This document shows positions 1-10,879 of a stretch of DNA of 64,000 nucleotides, piece by piece. Under the pieces are notes generated by a model, which did no database searches, was not told the origin of the DNA, and was given only the letters and a program-made list of their open reading frames with translations. A program made the position numbers and the translations under genes. The stretch covers positions 205,344,001-205,408,000 of the forward strand of contig OZ024742.1 in assembly GCA_964016885.1 (NCBI GenBank), written 5' to 3'. This DNA is from Eledone cirrhosa (Eukaryota). Position 1 is the stretch's first letter. Each line of letters opens with the position of its first letter.

Positions 1-5
1 TTGAT

Positions 6-42
<37 letters not shown>

Positions 43-43
43 G

Positions 44-239
44 GGAACCAGTAAGACCCCGACGGCTGAGCTGAAGCCGTTTCGACGGCTAATTCTGGAA
101 TTAGTCCAGAATTAGCCGTCGAAACGGCTTGAGCTCAGCCGTCGGGGTCTTACTGGTTCCTATTACCCACTCTACTACCCCAAGTATTGAGTACTTTGGT
201 GCGTTATGGTCCACCTGGTTCCTTACCACATTTCCTTCG

Positions 240-241
<2 letters not shown>
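44..241. mobile_element. Fold-back non-coding insert in (TA)n carrying the 3' half of a hammerhead ribozyme
   Basis: 44-160 is a near-perfect palindrome (ggaaccagtaagaccccgacggct...agccgtcggggtcttactggttcc). Each arm contains GAAAC-GGCT-loop-AGCC-GTC. (TA)n lies on both sides. A related partial copy is at about 20074-20168. Confidence 0.7.
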
Positions 242-276
<35 letters not shown>

Positions 277-337
277 GAGGAATGACAGTCATTCTTCCAG
301 AAACAGAATACTGTATATTATGGTAGTTATTACTGAA

Positions 338-452
338 GGCGTGTGGCTGAGTGGTTAGAGAATTATATTCGCAATCGTAAGGTTATGAGTTTGATTCCTG
401 GACCAGGCGATGCGTTATGTCCTTGAGCAAGACACTTTATTTCACGTTGCTC
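338..452 (+). mobile_element. tRNA-derived SINE fragment
   Basis: A-box-like tggctgagtggttag, B-box-like gagtttgattcc, then gtccttgagcaagacactttatttcac. The same family recurs at about 4830-4973 (-), 13913-14027, 48185-48490 and 50015-50300. Confidence 0.75.
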
Positions 453-1324
453 CTTCTACCTGGAGTTACGACCGATAAATAGTATTAGCAATTGGAAAGA
501 CCAACGGAAACATTGTTCCCTCGGTCCGATTTGACAAAAAAGTCGATCGTTCCTATATTACTTATAAATTTTGCCTATTACTTTCCCCTGTTTATTTAAA
601 GAATTAACTAATGCTTCTGGAGGTGGTTCTCTGATTGTTTCACTGCTATCTTTTGGTTATTGTCTTTTAATTCTCTCACTCACTCTCTTTCTCTCTGTAG
701 GATCTTTTGCAAGTGTTTAATGTAACACAGTGTAAATTAACCTATCTAAATGTACTTTTAAAGCAGGGATCCCTAAATTTATTAGACCATCAACCCCTTC
801 ATAGAAGCCTTGAGCCCCAGGCATGTACAAAAATATATTAGTCAGAAAACAATATAAAATAAATATACAACAAAGACTAATTGTATATATAAAAGTAAAT
901 TGTATTTTTTTATGTATTTTCATTTCTTATACAAATGTCAGGTTTTGGCCCCAAAGTTCCATTGATCCTCTGGGTAGTGACATCGATCCCTGGTTGTAGT
1001 CCCATTGCCTCTCTGGGGAATCTGTTTTAAAACGTTCTGTTAAAGTTTTGGGATATTGTTGAAGATTTTAAATAACCTTAACATTTGTGTTTTGTATTAG
1101 TATAAATTATAAATATATATATTAATTTTTATAAGTATAAATTATAATGGAAGTTATTTTATAGTCTTGTTAAATACTATTATTCTTTATTATTTTATAA
1201 ATTTTCATTATTATTCTATAAAATTTTCATTATTATTATTCTATAAAATGAAAAAATAATATTTTCGAAAGCTAATGCAATTCTATATTGTAGTATCAGC
1301 TTCCACTGATGTATTAAAACAAAT

Positions 1325-1630
1325 CATACCAATCACACTACACTACTCCACACTATACCATACCATACCACACCACACCACACCATACACCTCACTACAC
1401 TATACCACACTACACCATACACCACACACTACACCATCACACCACATGCTACACCACCTCACTACACCATACTACACCATACACCACATATCTCACGAAA
1501 CACCTCACTACACTATACCACACTACACCAAACGTTACACTACACCATCACACCATACACTACACCACCACACCATACACTACACCACAGATTTCTCCAC
1601 ACACTACACCACACACCACACACCACGCTA
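1325..1630. repeat. Degenerate 5-bp-based (cacca/cacta) low-complexity repeat
   Basis: Visible directly. It explains the H/T/Y/P-rich ORF 1275-1727. Confidence 0.9.
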
Positions 1631-1939
1631 TATTCCCCTCCCTGTATTCTTCACAATTGTCATTGGCTTTCTTCTTGTCTTCAGACTCCATCTCCGCCAA
1701 TACAAAACACATGTCAAGTACAGGTAAGTATTTATAGTTGAGATTATTGCATCAAAACTGTTATACAGTCTCAAAATTGGATGTTGCTGTTGTTGCTGTT
1801 GTTCTTACATACAAACTGTTTATATATATATAATCACTCGTGCGCACACATACACACATTATCATCATCATTTAACATCTGTTTTCCCTGCTAGCAAAGA
1901 TTATTTAGTTATAAATCAAAGTTGTGGCTGCAGCAGAGC

Positions 1940-1987
<48 letters not shown>

Positions 1988-2629
1988 TCCTGCATGGCTA
2001 AGATCATACCATGAATAAAAAATGGTAGGCAAAGAAATGGAAAATGGACAAAACACGGTACATTCTCTTCTCATCAGTTGACCACTAGAGGTCATTGTGG
2101 TTTCGGTAATATAAGGTTGATACCACAAGCTCCTGTGCACATGGGACAGTAACAAATGGACACAAGACAGGATGATTGGTTTTTCAACTATTTACAAATA
2201 AATAAAATTTGCTACAAACCAATGTGCTGCAACTAGGAAGAAGAGATAGAAACAAAGCCTGACATATTAGCCAAAAAGTATGCACAGAAGAAGAGACAAT
2301 TTAGATCGGAAATGCACAAGACAGACTGGTTACTCATCAATTGTTTGTTTTGAACTGTTTCAGCTCCACATTTGAAAAAAAAGTAACAACCCTGAAATAT
2401 CATGTTGAGATACACTAGGCAAAACATTACTGTTTTGTTTCATTTGTCATCATTTACTCTTTATATTTTTCTACTGTTTTTTACCAGCATTTTGAAAATT
2501 AATGGCCTTTTATTACACATGCACCACCAAAATGATGACCCTTCCACTTCGATTTCAACTGAGGGAAGAAGTAGAAATCACAGAGCTAGATCAGGCTATA
2601 GGTAGAATCTGGAAGAATGGGAATGTTTT

Positions 2630-3467
2630 TCTTTGCCAGAAATTCTCTAATTGAAAGTGTTGTGTGGGTATGCAATCTCCTCCAATAACCTTTTGGACAC
2701 GCTGGGCCCGTTTTCAAAGTTATTCTAAGATATCTTTGTAGAAGGTATGATTAACTGCCCTGGCACTAAATATTCTTTATTAAAAAAAACGATAATCATT
2801 TTCTGCTCATTCGTGCACTCTTTGGATGTGGAGAATTTTTCATGTGCCATTCCTCAGTTCATGGTTTTGTCTCTGGATCATACTCAAACACCCTTGATTC
2901 ATCATCATCATCTCGTTATTAATTTATCCAAGTATTTGGGCTCAATTTTGAGTCTTTCTAGCAAATCGAGTTCACTTTTTGCTTAACAGACAAGTGTTTG
3001 GGCTACGTTTTACACAAAAATTTTGCATGTGCAAATGGTCTGTTAAAATTCTGTGAAGTGTATTTTTATCTAAGCCCATTTCTTCTGCAATCTTCCTAAC
3101 ACTTAATCAGTAATCTTTTGCCATCATTGCTTGCACCACTTCCATATTTTGTTTATCTGCTGACAATTGTGGTCTTCTAGAATGAGGTTCACCTTCAACA
3201 TTTTCTTGGCTCTCTTTGGAAGCTTTATGCCACTTAAAAACCTTACTTCTTGATAGAGAGGCATCTCTATAAGCTTGTGTTAAATAATTGTTTTTGTGAG
3301 TAGCTATAAACACGTCTGTACATAAGCAGCAATAACTGTCGATTGATTCAATTGATCATGTTGAAACAAGTATGTAGTGCAATCGAGGCTATATACATGC
3401 CTATATACATCGAGGTGCTGTGTTACTGTCGTACATAGGAAAATCAATATTTTTGGGACAAACCTTA
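2630..3467 (-). mobile_element. Decayed mariner transposon
   Basis: ORF 3107-3313 (AYRDASLSRSKVFKWHKASKESQENVEGEPHSRRP) matches the mariner N-terminal HTH region. A TIR-like ttttgggacaaacctta lies before (TA)n. The left boundary is approximate. Confidence 0.7.
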
Positions 3468-3688
3468 TATATATATATATAATCATCACAGTTTGACGTC
3501 TATTTTTCCACACTAGCATGGGTTAGGCAAGTTATCCCTTTCAGACAAGTCAGATCAGATAACTGATTTTGGCTTGGTTTCTATGGCTGAATGCCTTTCC
3601 TAATGCTAATCCCCATTTACAGTCTATACTGGGTGCTTACCTGTATGTATGTATGTGTGTGTGTGTATGTATGTATCTATGTATATAT

Positions 3689-3766
<78 letters not shown>

Positions 3767-3898
3767 AGGAGTTGACGGACCCAGCAAGTTTATCAATGCC
3801 GGGACCGGTTGTATCTCAGCGTACTCCATGGGTAATGTAAGATACACATAGTTATTTGGTTCAATACAACACTTGTAAAACTGGTGCCTATAATAGAT

Positions 3899-4009
3899 CC
3901 CGGACTCGAGTTTCGGCCACACTTAATGCAGCAGTAAGGTGCACTGTACCCTCTGTCTGCATATATTATGCAACACTGCATAATCGGTGTATGTAGCTTC
4001 ATCAACGGG
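3899..4009 (-). ncRNA. Type I hammerhead ribozyme motif, extended stem II, C3U variant
   Basis: Minus strand: CCCG-UUGAUGA-A-GCUACA...UGUGGC-C-GAAAC-UCGA-GUC|CGGG. It lies within insert 3761-4052, which has (TA)n on both sides. Confidence 0.7.
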
Positions 4010-4282
4010 TATTGCCTAATCAATAAGCAATCGATTGACAATCCAAACCCCATATATATATATATATATATATATAGTAATAATAATAAATGTGAAGACT
4101 AAATTCCAAAGAGAGCTCGGTAAGGATAATATATATATGTCAAATATATAAAAAAATATATGAAAGCAGCGATTCTTTGCTTAACGATTGTGTTATTTCT
4201 GTTTACCTTTTACATATATATATATATATATATATATATACCTATCTATATATGTACCTATCTATATATGTATGTATGTATG

Positions 4283-4631
4283 TAGGCAGAATTCTAGGAG
4301 AAGGAAAACTCTGATGGTACCAATGATGTTGACTTGTTCTTTTTGGTAAATATCATCTTGGTTAAGAGGGTGGGACTGGCTTTGTGCAGTGCCTTTGCTC
4401 ACTATAAAAGCTTCACGGCACAGGCATTGCTTTATATCTGGAGATCTCTCTGCACTTGTCGTCACATGGTACCACTATGTGTCAATAATTGTCACAAGTG
4501 TAGTGTTTGTACCAGAGTTTTCAAGTCGCTGGCTGGACTAAAAAGTCACACTCGTTCAGCGCATTGGTAGGGGTTCTCCTACATGGATATAAAGTAGTGG
4601 CCGTACTCGAAAACGAGCTGGCAGCCACCAT
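4283..4631 (+). mobile_element. 5'-truncated non-autonomous RTE-derived element with C2H2 remnant
   Basis: Near-identical to about 45451-45830. Encodes CSVCTRVFKSLAGLKSHTRSAH. Ends cgaaaacgagctggcagccaccatgta, like the RTE tail at 39230-39270. Confidence 0.8.
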
Positions 4632-4829
4632 GTATATATATATATATATCATTTTACGTCCGCTTTTCCCTGCTTGCAAGGGTGGGACGGGAACTGATTC
4701 TGGCTTGATTTCTACAGCTGGATGCCCTTCCTAACACCAACCTCATTTACAGTGAGTGCTGGGTGCTTTTTTGCCGTGGCACCTCCACGACCACTTTGCA
4801 GTGGAATGATAGGAACCCCAGTCCCTATC

Positions 4830-5118
<289 letters not shown>

Positions 5119-6525
5119 CTAACCAACACAAGCACTAATTATATGCAAATTGGTGTCAGAATGATACAGGGAAATTCATATTTTTTGGCATGTTTACATG
5201 CCCACATATTAAATATGTGTATATATTTATACACTTTGGTGCAGTCATGGTTACACAGATAATTTTATCATACACTTCGGCTTCAAGCACACTTATTACT
5301 GTATATTGACAATTTCACCAAATTAATTAGTTTGCCGTTTCATGAAATTTACCTTTTTATGAAAAGAAAAAAAAAATTTTGTTTATATCAAATTATCTTG
5401 ATTTTTAACACTTTAAAATGTAAGTAAAGAGTTACTTTAACAAATATCTTTAAAAAATATTTTTTTAATGGCTATTTCAATAAATTACTAAAAATGTTCT
5501 ACTCACCATTATTTACTTGCACATTCCATTCCAACCTACCAACCAACTCACATCAGATTGCCCTACTGCCTGCCTTTTTCAAAATCTAATTGCATGGACC
5601 TCAATATCAGCATGCCATTGTTTTTACCTTCAGTGCCATATGAATCAATATTTTAACCAATGTTGAAAATCCTTTACACATGTGATTCTCTAAATTTGTC
5701 TTGTAAAATATGAAGATTAGCTTTTCAGAAATATATAAAGTAATGTATTTATGATTTTTATGAACTATTTAGACTCATCTTAAAAGATAAAAATATGTTG
5801 TAATTCTTACATTCTAGTTAAAATATAGCGATGATAAAACTATTTATCTCTAAAGATGGGTTTGAACAGTTATAATTGTAGCTACAATAACTTATCTTCA
5901 AGAAAATATATAACAATCTAATTAGACTCTCATATCCTTTAGATAGATGGTGTTGTATGGTCCCAGTGGACAGAATGGTGAATGAACTATTCCAGATGAT
6001 AATGATGGAGATGTGCTTAAAGAGTTAATCCAACTCATAGAGCTGTTCCTTGCAGATGGTCATATCCATCCCAATCGCAGTGAGTAAGGAGGAGAAAAGG
6101 TTTAAGGATCCCATGAGCTGTGGGTCTGATGATAAACCTGTCGGAGAGCAACTAGTACTTTCACAGCTAGATATCTTTAGCTTACCAAACAACAAAGCCT
6201 GTGTCAGATACTGAGTTCTTCAGGTTACTGCTGATGAAAATATTGCTGAAGGTCTCAACCATCTCAAAATGGGAAAATTATGATGCTTATCTGTTGCAAT
6301 GGACCTGAGAGTCTATCATAACTTCTCCCATACATTCAGTTAGTTTTCTGCTCCTGTTTGTGTGTATGTATATATATATTTATATAGGCCCTCCAAAATG
6401 TACTCACATCTTCGAAAAAAATTAGGTTAAATTTTAAAGAGCATCTATAAGTTTTGATCCGGAATAACCTATGAACTAGATAGTGTATATATTTGGTGGG
6501 GTGACATATACATCTATATATATCC

Positions 6526-7194
6526 ATTAAATTAAAAGTCGAATGACATATATATAGACACATCAAACAATTACACGGGATAATTTGTAAACATACATAG
6601 TTATGGAGGTAAAATATTAAACATTAACAAGAACCTAGAATATAGATACCTTGCAATAATGATTAACCTCCTTTGTATATATTCCTTTGAAGAAATATAT
6701 TTCACCATTAATCGGTGAATCATAGATGTTAAATCTTGGATCATCGGCAAGGGCGAAGATTTAACTATCTATGATTACATGCTAAAAGAAAATCAGGGTA
6801 TAACGATGATAATAATCAGTTAATTACATGCTATTCACGCCACTGGCTTGATGGCGGGGTGATGTGTTTTTTAAAACATGTGCTTTTCGTCGTTATTGCC
6901 TGATTTTCTTTTAGCATGTAATCATAGATAGTTAAATCTTCTTTGTCAATGATCCGGGATTTAACATCTATGATTCACCAATTAATGGTGAAATATATTT
7001 CTTCAATGGAATATATACAAAGGAGGTTAATCATTATTGCAAGGTATCTATATTCAAAGTTCTCGTCAATTTTTAATATGTTACCTCTGTATTTATGTGT
7101 TTACACTCTTTACAAATTATCCCCTGTAATTGTTTGATGTGTCTATTTTATATATATATATATATATATATGTCATACGACTTTTAATTTAATG
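6526..7194. repeat. Long imperfect inverted repeat (fold-back/MITE-like)
   Basis: About 6526-6810 is the reverse complement of about 6885-7194, e.g. tagataccttgcaataatgattaacctcctttgtatatattcc versus ggaatatatacaaaggaggttaatcattattgcaaggtatcta. Confidence 0.9.
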
Positions 7195-7704
7195 TTAATA
7201 AATGCTCTGATTTATTACTTAGAATCTTTGAGCTTATTTCATAGGTGATATGGTGCATGCTTCTGATATTCTCAGACATGGCATCTTTAATCTAATTTTG
7301 GTAGTATATATATATATATACATACTTACAATAAAAATGTTAACTAATCAGGATTGCGTGTGCAATACAACAATCAGTGAATTATGATGCAATTAGATTT
7401 AATCACTCAACATCATGTATTTTATTCTGAATAGTCTGCGACAGCGTATGTACAATAAGGAGAATTACAAAGATCAGATGTAGATGCTTAAAATTCATTT
7501 AAGAATAAAGGAATTATGAACATCTACACATTTGCATCTGACTTTCGCAGTTATCCTTATTTTTTTGTGTGTGTTATTACACGCACAGTAACACGTCACT
7601 CTCACTCAGACACTATTTTAATTCATTCACGTAAAGGCAATATTTAAAATAGAAAAAAGTCTTGCCTTTATACCATGAAAATAGTTTTAGTATCATTAAT
7701 GTAA

Positions 7705-7922
7705 GGGTGGTGGATTGGCAGAATCATAAATATGTCAGACAACATGCTTTGCAGTCTATAGGCCTTTCGTTCTGAGTTCAAATGCCACTGAGGTTAGCTT
7801 TGACTTTCATCCTTACAGGGTCAATAAAATAAAGTGTTAGTAACACACGGGTCAGTTTAATTGACTTTCCCCCTTTTTCCTTCAAATTGCTGGCCTTGTG
7901 CCAAATGTAGAAACAATTATCA
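7705..7922 (+). mobile_element. tRNA-derived SINE, second family
   Basis: ggcagaatc...gttctgagttcaaat...ctttcatccttacagggtcaataaaataaagt...ggccttgtgccaaatgtagaaac. Copies at about 15150-15420 (+), 18590-18800 (-), 18820-18945 (-), 27850-28005 (-) and 28825-28870 (-). Confidence 0.8.
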
Positions 7923-7978
7923 TTAATGTTATAATTATTATTAGTATTATTCTAAAATGTTAAAATTCCTTGTTTCAG

Positions 7979-8053
7979 CTGTCACTGAAAGCCCGTGCAA
8001 TGGATGTTTACCAAGGGATGCAACATGCCTATGAAACTATCCTGCATAACTGA
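7979..8053 (+). CDS. AP1B1: Last coding exon of AP-1/AP-2 adaptor complex beta subunit (beta-adaptin appendage C-terminus)
   Basis: Acceptor ttccttgtttcag, then phase-0 LSLKARAMDVYQGMQHAYETILHN*. This resembles the recalled human AP1B1 end (LSLKCRAPEVSQHVYQAYETILKN*). AATAAA at 8078. Many invertebrates have one shared beta1/2 gene, so the symbol is nominal. No upstream constitutive exon is recognised in the window. Confidence 0.85.
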   Translation: MSLKARAMDVYQGMQHAYETILHN

Positions 8054-8629
8054 AATTTCTCTTCCTGTAAAATATTGAATAAAATGTGAAAATATGCATA
8101 CTTCAACTGAAAACTAAAGTAATGTTAGTTTTGTTAACTGGAATATAAAAATCTTTTCTAAAAAAAATCTTTTATTAATCAAATACTAGAAATAATAATA
8201 ATAATATATTGTGGTGATATTATAAAATAGTTATAGCAGAGTAAACAGATATATTTCTTTCACTCCTCAATTTCTCCATCCCACATTAAATGTTTAAGAA
8301 AATAATAGAAAAGATTTTGAAATAAATTCAGTGTGGTGGTGAGGAGGGATTTGAAATTAATACATTTTATAAAACTTGTTTTTAGATAGTATTTCACCTC
8401 ATTTTGGTTTTAAAGTAGAAATTAAAATTATGTTTGAAGTGATTGTCTTTAAGTCTCCCAAAGAAACTTCTCTAGTATGTTCACTGCATGATATTTAATG
8501 TTTAAATCAGATCCTTTATCATCTGACTTGCTCTAGACTTCCAACATTTTAACTTATATTAAAAGCACAATATTAAATAATGTCAGTTACCACTTTAATT
8601 TAAGACAAAAACAAGTTAAAGTATTAAGT

Positions 8630-8850
8630 TTGTCAGTTATAAGGATATTTTCTCTTGTCAGTAAGTTAATCTCACAATGGTCATAAAGATATTCTCTGTT
8701 GTCAGTAGGTTAATCTCACAAGTCATAAGGATATTCTGTTGTAAGTTAATCCCACAATGGTCATAAAGATATACTGTCATGAATAAGTTAATCCCACAAC
8801 ATGCAAGGATATTCTGTTGTGAATGTTATCCCACAACAGTCATAAGGATA
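8630..8850. repeat. Minisatellite, about 40-bp unit, about 5 decaying copies
   Basis: Recurring taaggatattct...gtcagtaagttaatctcacaatggtca. Confidence 0.85.
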
Positions 8851-9964
8851 ATCCATAAATCTTTTCAAGTTTTGAAGACCTTGTGGGTGAGGGCGTTTAA
8901 GATATCAGTAATACCCTCTCTCCCTCTTTTTAATAAAATTAAAGATTTGATTATTAGCTGATAACACATTAAATCTGCGAAAATTCAACATTCCTAATTG
9001 TTCCGTATTAGTTAAACATTAAAGTTATTGCAGTTTAACATTTTTTTAAATGAAATGAACAAATGGGAAAATTTTCCCCCTCTACACCTGGCTCTTCATG
9101 TTTTCCCTGTACTCTACAATACATGTTTTCGCTGTACTCTACATGTTTTATTATTATTATTGATGATGATTGTTGAAAAGAATCTGTATTAAATATATTA
9201 ATGTAAAAGTTTGTTTTTATTCTATTTTGTTCTCTGCCAAGTGTGAGAATGTGAGCGAGATGCAGGCCTTCAGCCCATCTGAGAGGTTAGTAGCTTCAAT
9301 TAAGTACTGACTTGATCAGTAACAGCCCATCCAATCTTTCCTAGCAGGGAAAATGGATGTTAAATGATAATGATTTCATACTCATTTTGGTGCCATATTT
9401 GCTAAAAGTGTGTGTGTTTTAGAATAGATACATTGTGTTACTGAGCTGCTGTCAGGAATGGGCATCCGATTGCAGAACGCCGGCTTCAAAATGTCCCATC
9501 TTAACCAATACCAGCATGGAAAAAATGAACATAAAAACTACAGTGATGGTGGTATTGGTTAGTAAAGATGTGTGTTGTGGGATTCACCAAGGACTTAAAA
9601 TTTATACTGTGAACAAACAAGGCAGGTCACTATGCTTCAATGTCATCACTTGACTAGAAACAGTCAAATCTCTCTCATGGTCTACATGGAACCTTAATTC
9701 CTGATGGAGTCATAGGAGTGCATTTTTAAACCTGGCAGAGTTCATCCTTCTCTAGGTATGAACACAACCAATTTCTTTCTGCATATACACCCAACAAAGA
9801 GGAGTCAAAGGGTGTGATGACATAACTTTGACAATTAACAAACAACCATTCAGATGCTAAATTAGCCAATGAATGGATTAGTTACCCAGCTAATAATAAA
9901 TTGAAGAGAAACTCAACTAATGCATGCATTTTTATTGGCAGCATAATCCTTCCAAAGTATAACA

Positions 9965-9995
<31 letters not shown>

Positions 9996-10879
9996 CACAC
10001 AATAAATTCGCTCAGTACATTGCCTTTCATCTTCTCAAGGTCGATTTGAAAAAAAAAAAGTACCAGTGCCGTACTGGAGTCGATTGTTTCCTTTCTCTCT
10101 CTCTCAAATAAATCAGCAGTGTTCAGACATGGAAAGGGATGAGCTCCATCCAGTATAAAATGCCTTAGACCTGACAAATGTCATTATGGCACACCTACTA
10201 CTCCATCCCGCGTAACAGGTAAACAGATAGATACATACACACATGTATGTAGTTATGAGTCTAGATGGATTTCAACCTTCCTCTATGGATTTTTAAAGAT
10301 TTCCAACTTATCCCAGCCATCCATAGATTATTTTGTCTCTACAGGTATTTTTCTTCCTCAATTTGAAAATGTTCTGTATACATTATTCACTTATTTCCCC
10401 AACGTACATTTTGGCTTTTTTCGAAATAAGCCACGCTGGACATTATCCCCAACTCTCTATGAACTCATCCCAATCAATCTATCATTTAGTTGGTGACCAT
10501 CTTCAAAATTCTCGAATATGCCTACTTGAATCTGCTTAATTTTCCCCGAATCTTCAGTGACGATATACGCCATGTTGACTACCTATCTCACAATTTCCCC
10601 CACCCACCACCGTAGGGTTTTCGACCAATCAAACCACAGCAATATATCTTCGCCCATTTCCAGCGTTAACAATTTCTTCCATTACTACTACCACCCCAAA
10701 GAAATTCTTGTTTATCGTTTTCTATTGATGAGCTGAGGATAATGGAACAACCTCGAATAAATGAATGAATATGAATCCAAAAGTTACCAAGTGTCCATGC
10801 AAAGCTTTAATTCAGAGACAGAAAGCATACACACTCCCCCGTAAAAATTCGCCCTTTCTCACGAGTGATGGCAAATGCC

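Noticed and set aside
338-410. tRNA gene
   Set aside because: The cloverleaf is incomplete and continues into a repeated SINE body.
1275-1727. His/Thr-rich 150-aa protein
   Set aside because: Product of a low-complexity repeat.
6960-7005. HHR-like ctatga-ttcacc...ggtgaaa in the long inverted repeat
   Set aside because: The core lacks a base of CUGANGA in both arms and stem I is not supported.
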